Under the pieces are notes generated by a model that saw only the letters and a list, made by a program, of their open reading frames with translations, did not search any database and had not been told where the DNA came from. The translations under genes and the position numbers were made by a program. A stretch of DNA of 64,000 nt, taken from the NCBI GenBank assembly GCA_963815195.1, contig CAWFGE010000020.1, positions 1 to 64,000 of the forward strand, given 5' to 3'. The DNA comes from an uncultured Planctomycetaceae bacterium. Its GTDB lineage: Bacteria; Planctomycetota; Planctomycetia; Planctomycetales; Planctomycetaceae. How positions within the stretch are numbered: the stretch's first letter is position 1; each line of letters starts with the position of its first letter. Of the stretch, positions 29,767 through 42,422 are shown one piece after another.

Positions 29767-29909
29767 GGCGAGCGGCCGGCGTAAGCCGGCTGATCACTCG
29801 CGATCGCTTGAATTGGCTCACGTCTTCGCACGAAATCATGGACTGTCCCACGCTCGTCTTTTCCTGAACATCATGGGGCTGACGCCCGGGCTGACGCCCC
29901 ACGCTCGCC
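29767..29909. repeat. REP-like doublet (GGCGAGCG family)
   Basis: GGCGAGCG...CGCTCGCC termini with internal hairpins; same family as 31095-31178. Confidence 0.65.
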
Positions 29910-29926
29910 TTTCGAGAAGGGGGAGG

Positions 29927-31079
29927 ATGTCTAATTCCTCAATCGCCGCCGATGTTGCGGCCCGGATGCATTTGGATCCCGAGCGGTTCCAGCGGGCTTT
30001 GGATTTGGCCGGCGGGTGGTGCGATGCGGGGGCAGTGCCTTCGTTGGGGCTGTTGATCGGCCGGGCGGATCGGATGTCGCCGGCGATTCTGTTCGGTCGT
30101 CAAACCGCCGAGGCGGACGCTCCGCCGATCCGCGAGGACGCGATTTTTTTGATCGCCTCCATCACCAAGCCGATCGTGGCGATGGGGGCGATGTTGCTCG
30201 TGGAGCGCGGGCAGATTTTGCTCAACGACCGGGTGTCGGACGTGATTCCCGATTTCGCCCAGTCGCATAAAATCGCGATCACGATTCGGCATTTGCTCAC
30301 GCACACCTCCGGCCTCCCGGACATGCTTCCCAACAACCGCCAACTCCGGGCCGCCCATGCGCCGCTGTCCACGTTCGTCGAAGACACCTGCGCGGTGCAG
30401 ACGGCCTTTCCCGCGGGTCGCGGCGTGCAGTATCAAAGCATGGGCTTCGCCGTCTTGGGAGAGATCATCGGCCGAGTTAGCGGAATGCCCTGCGCAGGAG
30501 TTTCTGCGGCGCGAGTTTTTCGAGCCGTTGAACATGCCTGATACTGCGCTCGGTGCCCCGGACGATTGGCTCGCCGGATCGGACAAGAAATGGGACCGCA
30601 TCGCGGGCATTCGTTTGCCGGCGGACCAGGTCGGGGCGGATTGGAATTGGAACAGCCAGTACTGGCGGCAATTGGGAGCCCCTTGGGGCGGGCTGTTGAC
30701 GACGCCCGCGGATTTGGGCCAGTTTGCGCAGATGATGCTCAACCACGGCCGGTCGGGCGAAATGCAGATTCTCTCGCCGATGACGGTCGAATCCGCGACG
30801 CGGAACCAGCTCGATCCGCTCCGCGATGTGCCGGAGATCGACCGCCGCTGCCGGCCTTGGGGTTATGGCTGGCGTCTGCATTGGCCGGCGCATCGCGCGA
30901 ACTTCGGCGATCTGGTGGGGCCGCGGACGTACGGGCATTGGGGCGCGACGGGCACCGTGCTGTGGATCGATCCCGACCGTGAAGTCTTCTCGGTGATCTT
31001 CACGACGCAGCCGCAAGAACCGCTGGGCACGTACATCGCTCGCTTGTCCAACGCCGTCTCCGCGAGCGTGCTGGAATAG
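29927..31079 (+). CDS. Serine hydrolase, beta-lactamase class C-like family (apparent frameshift near 30497)
   Basis: FLIASITK (SxxK), HLLTHTSGL, YQS, GGLLTT, YGHWGATGT, WIDP. Confidence 0.88.
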
Positions 31080-31094
31080 AGCGGTGCGGGTTTT

Positions 31095-31178
31095 GGCGAG
31101 CGGGAGGTGTCAGCCTCCCGGTTTCGTGGAGTTTCGGGTTGCTCAGAATAACCAGGAGGCTTACGCCTCCCGCTCGCC
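31095..31178. repeat. REP-like doublet (GGCGAGCG family)
   Basis: GGCGAGCGGGAGGTGTCAGCCTCCCGGT...ACCAGGAGGCTTACGCCTCCCGCTCGCC. Confidence 0.7.
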
Positions 31179-31185
31179 TTTCCAT

Positions 31186-31230
31186 AAAAACAGCCCGCGA
31201 GCGGTGGCTCGCGGGCTGGGGTTTTTGTTT
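31186..31230. terminator. Bidirectional terminator
   Basis: AAAAA-CAGCCCGCGAGC-ggtg-GCTCGCGGGCTG...TTTTT between convergent genes. Confidence 0.75.
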
Positions 31231-31258
31231 AGGGAATCAGATTCTTCTCAGGCGAACT

Positions 31259-33795
<2,537 letters not shown>

Positions 33796-34531
33796 TCCGC
33801 TTGTCTCCCTCTTTGATAGCCCCCTGTCTCGCCGGCGAACCGAGCAACCGGGGCAAACGATCCGGAAGCGACATCTTCCGGATCAAAACATGATGCGGAA
33901 AATCCGCATCCCGATGGACGAGTTTTTAATGGGCGGGATTCGAGGAACCCCTTTAACATACCGCTTTGACGTTTCGTTTTGCCACAGATTTTTCGGGAAG
34001 TGATTTTGAACGGGTTTTTCCAATCATTTTCCGAGTGGGCGGGCCACTCTCCCTTATTTATACGCTATTTCACTTGCGGGAGTGGGATTTTTCCGAAATC
34101 CGGGGCGATTTGATCCGCAAACCCTGAGAGGGACATCATTTGAACCGTTTCGCCAAACTGGGCGAATCGAGAAGGAAACTCCGGCTGAGGATTATTTCTG
34201 GTCCACCCCACGAAAAGAGCAGCCGACGGCCTTTCGCGTCTCTTCCAAAGGCCCAACGGGCCAGCTTGAGCAACCGGAAATCCGTTTCGGTGAAGTTGGG
34301 GAAATTCTAGTCCCCATCCCCCGACGTGACAAGATACCCCGCGCGGGCAAATGGCGGCCGGCAAACTTCCGCGGATTGGGTGGGACGCCCCTGAGCGCAG
34401 CGAACAACGTGGCGACCGACGGACCACGCCCTTTGTTCCTCAGGCACGATTGTCGCGAGAAGCGCGTTCCTGCAAAATGAAACAAACCGCCGCAGCCCAA
34501 ACCGTCTAAAAATGGAAATCCCAGAAAGACC

Positions 34532-36094
34532 ATGTCCAGCCGTCCTTCCCGAAACACCCCCGGCGTGGAACGCATCTTGAAACTCACCCGCGACCTGGCC
34601 CTCCAATCGGCCGAGGCGGAGGTGCTGCCCTTCCATTTGTTGCGGGCGTTGGTGTTGGAAGAATCGCGCGGATCGGAGATTCTCCGTCAACATGGGCTGA
34701 CTTTGGACAAACTCCCGGCCGATCCGCCGCCAACAGTCGGCGAGAATCCACTGGGAACCGAACAACAGGAAATCCCCTTCAGCGAAGCCCTGAATGAAAT
34801 CCTCAAAACCGCCGACTTGCAATCGGGCCGGCAGGGGCGATACGCGGAATTGGGCAGCGAGCATTTGCTTTTGGGGTTGGCCGCCGTGTCTTCACCCGCC
34901 GCGGATTGGCTCCAAACCCACGGCCTCACCGCCGAGAAACTGCAATCGCTCCTCGATGACGCGGAAGGGCGCCCCGATGTTCCGCTCAGCGTGGACTTTG
35001 AACTGGCGGAACAGCGGCCCACCGCGACGGCGGAGACGGATTTGTTTCGCATCCTCGACGCCGCCGCCAACCGGGTGCGGGAAGGCGTGCGGGTTTTGGA
35101 AGATTACGTGCGGTTCGCCCGCGACGACAAGCATTTGACGTCGCTGCTCAAAACCTGGCGGCACGACCTCAGGGCTGTGCTTTCGGAAATCGACGACCGC
35201 CGGCTGCTCAGCTCCCGCGACACCGCGGGCGATGTGGGCACCGGAATCGGCACTCCCGGAGAACGGCACCGGCAATCCCTGCACGATGTGCTCCGCGCCA
35301 ACGCCAAGCGCGTGCAGGAAGGCCTGCGAACATTGGAGGAATACGGAAAAATCCGTTCGCCCAACATCGGCGAGGCGTTTTCGCAACTCCGCTACCGGTT
35401 TTACACGATCGAAAAGATCCTGGCCGTCAACGCCGAGAGCCGGCAAAAACTGGCGGACCGCAATCTCTATGTTTTAGTGACGCGGGATCAATGCCGGCTC
35501 GATCCGCAGACCGCGATCCGGATCGCGTTGGACGCCGGGGCGGACATCCTTCAAATCCGCGAGAAACACCTCTCGGATCGGGAACTCGTCGAATATGGAA
35601 AACAGGTCCGCGAATGGACCTGGGAAGCCCATGCGCTGTTGATCATGAACGATCGGCCCGATCTCGCCGTGCTGATCGACGCCGACGGCGTGCACGTCGG
35701 GCAGGAGGAACTCAGCGTCCGAGAGGCCCGGCGAATCCTCGGCCCGGACCGGTTGATCGGCGTCTCCACGCATTCGCTAAAACAAGCCAGGCAAGCGGTC
35801 AACGACGGGGCCGACTATCTGGGCGTCGGTCCGGTGTTCCCCTCGCACACAAAAGCCTTTTCCGAAACCGAATTGGCGGGACTGGAGTTCGTCCGCGAGG
35901 TGGCGGCGGAAATCACGCTGCCCTGGTTCGCCATCGGCGGCATCACGCCGGAAAACTTATTGGAACTCCGAACCGCCGGTGCCCAACGCATCGCCGTCAG
36001 CCATACGGTGTGCGGTTCGGAGTCCCCCGGCGAGATAGTGACGAAGTTGAAAGAAGCAATAGAGTTAAAGCCTTCAGCGGAACGACAAGGCTAA
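34532..36094 (+). CDS. thiE: Thiamine-phosphate synthase with N-terminal Clp_N repeats and a ThiD2-type helical domain
   Basis: HLLRAL and SEHLLLGL (Clp_N); RILDAAANRVREGVRVLED (ThiD2); QIREK, NDRPD, GVHVGQ, GVSTH, AIGGI (ThiE). Confidence 0.9.
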   Translation: MSSRPSRNTPGVERILKLTRDLALQSAEAEVLPFHLLRALVLEESRGSEILRQHGLTLDKLPADPPPTVGENPLGTEQQEIPFSEALNEILKTADLQSGRQGRYAELGSEHLLLGLAAVSSPAADWLQTHGLTAEKLQSLLDDAEGRPDVPLSVDFELAEQRPTATAETDLFRILDAAANRVREGVRVLEDYVRFARDDKHLTSLLKTWRHDLRAVLSEIDDRRLLSSRDTAGDVGTGIGTPGERHRQSLHDVLRANAKRVQEGLRTLEEYGKIRSPNIGEAFSQLRYRFYTIEKILAVNAESRQKLADRNLYVLVTRDQCRLDPQTAIRIALDAGADILQIREKHLSDRELVEYGKQVREWTWEAHALLIMNDRPDLAVLIDADGVHVGQEELSVREARRILGPDRLIGVSTHSLKQARQAVNDGADYLGVGPVFPSHTKAFSETELAGLEFVREVAAEITLPWFAIGGITPENLLELRTAGAQRIAVSHTVCGSESPGEIVTKLKEAIELKPSAERQG

Positions 36095-36150
36095 TTGCCG
36101 GCGCGGCATCTCTATGAAATCTGAAATTCATCACACGATTGGAGTCCGTA

Positions 36151-37607
36151 ATGGGTCAATTGGCGATGCGATGCTCGCAGTGTGGCTCTCGAATCGTCGA
36201 GCCGCCTGGGACCGATCAGTTTGAATGTCCCTTCTGCGAGGCAATCACGTTGCTGGTTCCTGCCGAGGGTTCGGCGGCAGAGGTGAAGAGGCTCAAGCGG
36301 GACGAATCGGTCGATCTTTCGAGGTTCACCATTGATCTCGACAGGCAGGATCTGGAATTGTCGTGGGGTTGGGATCGACTCAAGGGAGTGGCGGCCATTC
36401 TGCTGGCGGGCGTCGTTGGCTGGTTCGGTTCGATTTATCTCCCGGTGGCCGGTTCGAGTCATGGCAGGATCGACTGGATCGCTCTGCTGACTGGCTTGGG
36501 CATCATCGCTGTTGCCATCGGACTCGGATATACCGGCGTGGCGTTGTTGTTCAACAGCACGAGAATTTCGATTCAGAACCGCGTACTGCAAATCTCGCAC
36601 GGGCCGCTGCCATACTATCCCCGCAAGGTAATTCCGCTCGCATCTCTTCAGGAATTGCGGGTCCATCGCGAGGTGACGAAAGATTCGGACGGCAAGACCA
36701 GCAGCGATTGGCAATTACATGCCTGCACCAGTTCGGGCCGCACGATTCGGCTCATCATGGACCAGGGTTCCTCCAAGGTACCGGCGCGGTCAAAAGCGTG
36801 CTCGACACCCACATTCGCCGACTGTCCGAGACTCCCGCAACACCCGTCGAACAGTCGAAACAGGGAACCTCCCGGAACAAACTCCGGCAACGTCGAAAGG
36901 TCGTACTGATCTGTCCGCAGTGTGGTGGACTCGTCGCGGCCCCCCGTAAAATCACTTCATCGAAATGCCGTTACTGCCGGTCGGAGTTGACGATTCCGGA
37001 TGAAGTGTGGGAGTCGGTGGGCCTGCATCCGCCGCGCCGGCGCAACATCGAGCACAAACCGGTCACGTTCGTGCTCCGCCACGAAGGGCCGGCGCTCACG
37101 ATTTCCGCCGGGTGGAATCGTGATGGGTGCGGTGTGCTGTTTCTGATCGGGCTGGCGTTTATGGGCATCGCGACGCTCGGCATCCTGCTGGCTCTTTGGA
37201 GCGACAATTGGTCTCTCATTGAAACCATGAAAGACGTCAGTTTGGCCGTTTCGCTGATTTCGCTGCTGATTGGCGTGGTGGGTTCCGTCATCGCCTATCT
37301 GGCTTTTTGTCTGATGTTCAATCGAACGGTGGTGACAATCGACCCATCTCGGATTGATGTCTGGAATGGCCCGTTGCCCGTGCCGGGGAACAGCCAACTG
37401 CCGACGGAGAAGATCGCCCAAATCAGCATCCATCCCAGCCGCGGCTACCACAAAACCCCTTGTTACCGACTGGACGCGATTTCCGACTACGGCGGGACGC
37501 TGCAACTGTTTTTCGACCAACCCGAACTTAAAGGACTGCAAACGATCGAACGCCTCATCGAACGCCGTCTGAATCTGGCCGACCGTTTGGTCCAATCCGA
37601 GGCTTGA
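36151..37607 (+). CDS. Membrane protein with two tandem Zn-ribbon plus transmembrane modules (apparent frameshift near 36775)
   Basis: CSQC..CPFC and CPQC..CRYC, each followed by two hydrophobic helices and FNxT....GPLP. Confidence 0.7.
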
Positions 37608-37650
37608 TGAACGGACTCATCGCCGCAAGGGCTTTCTATCTCTTTGGCAA

Positions 37651-37799
37651 AGCCGAGTAGGGCCGGCTGTGCCGGCCTTTTGTTTTTGACACAACGATTT
37701 TTCTCGCACCAAATGGCCGGCACACCCAGCCGCCAATTGGGCATAAGCATGATTCCCTTTGGTCGAAAAGGCCGGCACAGCCGGCCCTACGTCACTGGC
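37651..37799. repeat. 149-bp REPIN-like element, copy 1
   Basis: Termini GTAGGGCCGGCTGTGCCGGCC / GGCCGGCACAGCCGGCCCTAC; identical to 39053-39201. Confidence 0.92.
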
Positions 37800-38357
37800 G
37801 ATGTCATCATTGGAAAAGATGGCCGGCATCACACGATCGAGAGGATTTCGCAACGCTATGAGGAAGCGTTTCCGGTATCCAATCTCACGATTGGCGAATA
37901 CCACAATTATGCCGTCGGCATCCATTCGATTCTCGTTCACAACCAAACGATTTGCGGGGCAGGTCAGGCAGCCCTTCAGGACATGCTCGATTCCGGGACG
38001 GCCAGTTACGATGAAATCGCTCGTCTGGTTAAGGGGTTTGACAACGCTGATGAGGTGTTGGATAATCTCGTTAAAAGCACCGCGGCATTCCACCTGCATC
38101 ACACTTGGCCGAAATACCTCGGAGGACCAACCAAACAAGACCTCGTTCGTTTGCCGAAGAACATTCACGATGCCTATCACAGAGGCTTAGGCGGAATTTT
38201 GGATAGAAGAAGGGGAGCGGAATACTACGATGCACTGAGCGCGGCGGCTCGTAAGCTGATCGAACAAAAGCTTGCAAAATTTACGAAGGAATTCGATGCG
38301 CAGTATGGAACGAAATTGTGGGAAGCGATTCTGAAAAATGGGTTTCCAGGGAGTTAA
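37791..38357 (+). pseudogene. Orphan polymorphic-toxin tip: C-terminal part of a Hint domain plus an HNH-like nuclease
   Basis: VSNLTIGEYHNYAVG..SILVHN Hint C-terminus; HHTWPKYLGG...L..L....H..YH His cluster; no 5' end or start codon. Confidence 0.8.
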
Positions 38358-38361
38358 TCAA

Positions 38362-38886
38362 ATGAAAAAGACCTTTACAGAGCTTTCAGTGAATGACATT
38401 TCAAAGTATCCTATTTGGAGGTTCACTAACAGCCACCCAGAGGACGAGCTTGAAATTGAATCCGTCACGGGTAGAGTATTTCACAACTTAAAGGGATTGA
38501 TCATCAGCTCGAAGGTCACGTTTTCAGATGGCTCGACACACTTAGCGTTGTTTCAGAATGTTAGTCTGGCCGGGCAAAAAGTGAACGACCATTTTCTGTC
38601 GCTAAGCGTGGAGAGAAATGGTGAATGGTTCCCGCTGGCGCAGTATCACAACCCCGCAATCGAGAAATACGGGCCTTTGCATCTTGCAGCATTCATGGGC
38701 AAAACCGTTGACGATGTCTTTCCGATCAAATACGACCTTCGCGAAGTATTGAATTCAAATTCGCCCAGGCTTGTTGGAATCGTATGTGCTGAGCCGCCCA
38801 TACGATTAACCGACGAAGAGATAATATCTTTGGCCTTAGAAGGTCTGCCAAAACCTCCGCTGAGGTCATCAGAAACCCTTGAATAG
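38362..38886 (+). CDS. Probable cognate immunity protein
   Basis: Starts 4 nt after the toxin stop; AT-richer than flanks; 174 aa. Confidence 0.7.
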   Translation: MKKTFTELSVNDISKYPIWRFTNSHPEDELEIESVTGRVFHNLKGLIISSKVTFSDGSTHLALFQNVSLAGQKVNDHFLSLSVERNGEWFPLAQYHNPAIEKYGPLHLAAFMGKTVDDVFPIKYDLREVLNSNSPRLVGIVCAEPPIRLTDEEIISLALEGLPKPPLRSSETLE

Positions 38887-38890
38887 CCGC

Positions 38891-39018
38891 GTAGGATCCG
38901 CTGTGCGGACCTTTGCTTTTGATTGTTTCCGCCCGCGACATCAAAGCCAAGTAGGGTCCGCTGTGCGGACCATTTGAAAAATCGATCTTATCTTATTGGT
39001 CCGCACAGCGGACCCTAC
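38891..39018. repeat. Three GTAG-family REPs (GTAGGGTCCGCTGTGCGGACC)
   Basis: Copies at 38891, 38951 and inverted at 38998-39018. Confidence 0.85.
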
Positions 39019-39052
39019 TTGCTTCGCGAGTGGTTAAGTAAGAAGTCGTTCC

Positions 39053-39221
39053 AGCCGAGTAGGGCCGGCTGTGCCGGCCTTTTGTTTTTGACACAACGAT
39101 TTTTCTCGCACCAAATGGCCGGCACACCCAGCCGCCAATTGGGCATAAGCATGATTCCCTTTGGTCGAAAAGGCCGGCACAGCCGGCCCTACGTCACTGG
39201 CAACAAGTTGCCAGTGGCACC
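39053..39221. repeat. 149-bp REPIN-like element, copy 2, fused to a half REP of the GGTGCCAC family
   Basis: 39053-39201 identical to 37651-37799; 39195-39221 identical to 1000-1026. Confidence 0.92.
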
Positions 39222-39239
39222 GGAATCTGGAGTTTCGCT

Positions 39240-39686
39240 ATGGAACTAACTACGCCCAAGCCTTCTATCGACGTGGAAGCGCATCTGCCAACCCTTGAGT
39301 CGTTAAAGAGTACGACTGTGCGTTTACACCCCCGCAGGGCGGAGGTCTCTGACGTCACAGCCAGCAAGATCGGCGGTATGATTCTCTGGCCGAAATGCGA
39401 ACCATGGCCGATGTGTGAAAGCGTGGAACCGCCAAGTTGGTGGGAGCTGGATTGGCCCATTCCTGACGACCGTTTAGATGATATTAGTGTTCCACTGGTA
39501 CCCGTGATTCAACTACGAGCCGATGATTTTCCTGAGATTGAGTTCTTTCCTGAAACTAATCTACTCCAGTTATTATGGTGCCCCTTGGACCATGAAGACC
39601 CGATTTTTGTTGCAAAGCCGTATTTGTACTGGCGAAAGATGGAAGAGGTGACTGAGCTTCTCCTGGAAGCGCCACACGTATATTAT
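39240..39686 (+). pseudogene. DUF1963/YwqG-like protein truncated by IS1380
   Basis: SKIGGMILWP..EPWP.C, PLVPVIQL, LLQLLWCP; reading frame runs into the IS terminal repeat at 39687. Confidence 0.7.
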
Positions 39687-41465
39687 CCCGGATTATTCAT
39701 CAGGTCCGTGCGTGGTGAGTATTTCCGTGGCGGAAAGTGCACCGGGTGGTTGGGGATCGGAGGATGGGCGGACCGCCCCCTTTCCCCCTGGGGCCTGGCG
39801 ATCGTTGGGTGAGTGAAGGAAAGAAACAGAAAGGCGGATGCCACGATGGCGAACTGCTCAGTCCCGAAGAACCAGTTGCTCATGGGCGTGACGTGGGAGA
39901 GGTGTGTAGGGCCGCGGGCGAGCTCCGCGCGGACGTGGCCAGAGGTTGGCCAGACGCAGCGATCGGATGCGGGAAGACATCGCGGCCCAAAACGCGCTCA
40001 CGCTTTCCTCAATGTAAATCACGAGGCGGCGGGAGTGCTTCACGACCCGCGCTCCTGTCCGCAGCACCGACTGCTGGAAACGATGCAAGTCCCAGCAACC
40101 GCCCAACTCGTCCTCGAACTCGATCCGCAGCATCGACGCCAGGTTGAACGCCAGCAGGCCCAACAGCAACGTCACTTCGTTCTCCGCAAACACCGATGAC
40201 GAAAGACGGCAGCCAATCACCGCGTTGAATTCGCCCAGCCGGTCCTCGAACGTGCCGCGCTTGCGGTAGTGCGACAACACCTCATCCGCCGAGCGTTGCT
40301 CCTCGGTCCAGTTTGTGATCAGGAAGAAGTAACGCGGAAACAGAGCCAGTTGGCCCGTCTTCGCCTCCGGCTTGTCGACGATGACCAGAATCACCCGCTG
40401 CGGATGACGCCAGCCCTCGGCTTGGTACTTTCCGAGTTCGATCACGTCCTCATATCCGCCTTTGGGCGGCCGGCCTACGGGACGTGTCAGATAGGGCGCG
40501 GCCATCTCTTCCAGCACGTTGTTCTTCTTGATTCTCCCGCAAAAACGGATGTTTTCGTCGGTCAACTCATCCAACACCGGGCCGGCGATGAAACCCGCAT
40601 CGATCCGGAGGTCGAAGCTCCACGCCAGTTGCCGGGCCTTGCCGACCACGTTGCGAATAAACCGCCGGATGCCATTGGCCGTATGCACGCTGCCTTGCCG
40701 CAGGATGGCATGAATGAAGCCGTTGCCCAGCCGCTGGCCTTCCCGCGTGCCGTCGTAGTCGCCGCCGACCGAGAAACTCGCGACCAGCGGATGATAGACC
40801 GTCTCTTTATAGTAACCGTTATAGCGGGCCCCCGGCTGCTGGCCATAAACCTGCATCGGGAAACTGTCGATGTCGATGGTGGCGTAGCGGACGCGGCGGT
40901 CGCTGTCGCCGGTGCTTTTGATGTGCCGATGGATCCAGTCGAACAAGGCGCTCCGCACGGCCTCGAGATTCGTCTTGCAGTCGGCCAGCCAATCGATGAG
41001 CCGGGATTGGGTGGGTTGGCTGGCCAGGCGTTGGTTGAGCACTTCTTCGCCGGGCCGGTCCCAGGCGGCCATCTTCATGGCGGGATCATGGGCGAGCCGG
41101 TCGAGATCATCCTGATCGGACTCTCCCAGGGCCATGGCGTAGATTCTTTCCCGCAGCAGTTCGACGCCTTGATAGCGGACGCGGTCTTGCCGGCGAGGAT
41201 CGATCAGTCGATCGGCAAGGGATTCGGTGAGTCCGAGCCGATGATCGAAGTCCCGCAGCAGAACGGCACCGGAGTGTGACGTGAGCCGCCCATCGACGGC
41301 CTTGACCTTGATGGAACGATTGAAATCGGGCTCGAAAATGTTAGGCTGAGCTTCACCCATCGCGTGATTCCTCCGTTTGGTTTCGGGATTGCGATATAAC
41401 CCTTAAACGCAGAGGGTCACGCGATGGTTCCTTCTTTTTTCATCTTTTTTGGTGAATAATCCGGG
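39687..41465 (-). mobile_element. IS1380-family insertion sequence
   Basis: 16-bp terminal inverted repeats CCCGGATTATTCA(T/C)CA at 39687-39702 and 41450-41465 enclosing one transposase gene. Confidence 0.93.
39858..41360 (-). CDS. IS1380-family DDE transposase
   Basis: LTSHSGAVLL, LASQPTQSR, IDIDS...YGQQPGARYNGYY..YHPL, RIDAGF, YRKRGTFE. Confidence 0.95.
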   Translation of the reverse strand: MGEAQPNIFEPDFNRSIKVKAVDGRLTSHSGAVLLRDFDHRLGLTESLADRLIDPRRQDRVRYQGVELLRERIYAMALGESDQDDLDRLAHDPAMKMAAWDRPGEEVLNQRLASQPTQSRLIDWLADCKTNLEAVRSALFDWIHRHIKSTGDSDRRVRYATIDIDSFPMQVYGQQPGARYNGYYKETVYHPLVASFSVGGDYDGTREGQRLGNGFIHAILRQGSVHTANGIRRFIRNVVGKARQLAWSFDLRIDAGFIAGPVLDELTDENIRFCGRIKKNNVLEEMAAPYLTRPVGRPPKGGYEDVIELGKYQAEGWRHPQRVILVIVDKPEAKTGQLALFPRYFFLITNWTEEQRSADEVLSHYRKRGTFEDRLGEFNAVIGCRLSSSVFAENEVTLLLGLLAFNLASMLRIEFEDELGGCWDLHRFQQSVLRTGARVVKHSRRLVIYIEESVSAFWAAMSSRIRSLRLANLWPRPRGARPRPYTPLPRHAHEQLVLRD

Positions 41466-41482
41466 TTAACGTTAGGCGACAA

Positions 41483-41758
41483 GTGTTGCACCCTCATCAA
41501 CACCGCATTGATCTGTGCAACGCTGCTTTGGAATCTGTTCGTTTACGCATTCCCGAGGACTTCTATCGCGACGTTTACGATTACATCAACCGCCACAATG
41601 AATGGGGACTCGGTCTCGAAATCCTGATTGACCAGATCATTGAATACGAGATCAAGATCGCCCCAGACCACTTTGCCAAGATTCACGAAGCAATGAGTTC
41701 AATGGGCTTGGCTGAGACCGAGCGTGTCAAAAGCCTTCGAGAAGAAGTGGTCGCCTAA
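41483..41758 (+). CDS. MafI-like immunity protein (gene cassette 1)
   Basis: DYINRHNEWGLGLEILIDQIIEYEIKI pattern; bounded by GTTAGGC (41471) and GCCTAAC (41753). Confidence 0.7.
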   Translation: MLHPHQHRIDLCNAALESVRLRIPEDFYRDVYDYINRHNEWGLGLEILIDQIIEYEIKIAPDHFAKIHEAMSSMGLAETERVKSLREEVVA

Positions 41759-41860
41759 CCACCGTCTGCAGTTGACCGGCGACGCCCGCGATGGATAATG
41801 AGTTGTCGGTTGTGAGTCTGCTCCCGCGGGCGGCCGGCAACTGAGCCTTTTACGTTATTT
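41753..41860 (+). other. Integron attC site
   Basis: R'' GCCTAAC; CT(G)CAGTTG(A)CCGGC pairs with GCCGGCAACTGAG leaving two extrahelical bases; R' GTT at 41854. Confidence 0.88.
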
Positions 41861-41976
41861 TACTGAACGCGAGTCTATCGCCAATGGACGATCGCAACGG
41901 ATTTGTCGCCGACGGATAGCGAGCGTGAAATCCAGAAATGCCTCAACACTTTTGCTCCGCCGGGTGCTTTCTCTTA

Positions 41977-42259
41977 ATGGACTTCAATGAAAAAGAACAA
42001 CTGATCGTTGACCGTCTCCGCGATCACGTTTTTGGCGAAAATGGGCCGACACAATCTCTGCTCAATGAAGGTCGGTTGCCTAACGGATGGGCAACCGAAT
42101 ACTTGAATTTGCTACGGACTGCTACTGAACACTGGCAATTTCGACCGATGTGGCCCCGGGAACTGGTCGCTGCAATTCACTTTACTTCGTGGTATCTTGT
42201 TCTCCGATACGACGCATGGTGCGCAACGAACAATCGCAATGAAAACACTGAACGCGGCT
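41977..42259 (+). pseudogene. Cassette 2 hypothetical gene, truncated by a REP doublet
   Basis: MDFNEKEQLIVDRL...WPRELVAAIHF runs directly into the palindrome at 42260. Confidence 0.6.
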
Positions 42260-42348
42260 GGGTGGCATGCTCATTGCTTTGCATGAGCATGCTGAACTTC
42301 ACTTGCTTGGCAAACCCATGCTTGCCCAAAGCGGCAAGCATGCCACCC
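42260..42348. repeat. REP-like doublet (GGGTGGC family)
   Basis: GGGTGGCATGCTCA..TGAGCATG spacer CATGCTTGCC..GGCAAGCATGCCACCC. Confidence 0.8.
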
Positions 42349-42387
42349 CGCCGTCGCCTCAAACGCCCCTGAGCTTAGGCGTTATCC
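42349..42387 (+). other. 3' half of an attC site
   Basis: CTGAGC..C-GTTATCC; GTTATCC is the exact complement of the next R'' GGATAAC (43043). Confidence 0.7.
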
Positions 42388-42422
42388 GACAGAAGACGAA
42401 TCTCACCACGTTGGAAACTGCA

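Noticed and set aside
29927..31079. Antibiotic-resistance beta-lactamase
   Set aside because: Motifs fit the broad serine hydrolase/esterase family in a core-genome context; no evidence for resistance
37644..37790. N-terminal extension of the toxin ORF (MAKPSRAGCAG...) and ORF 38923-39249
   Set aside because: Translations of the REPIN itself; the same peptide appears at both copies
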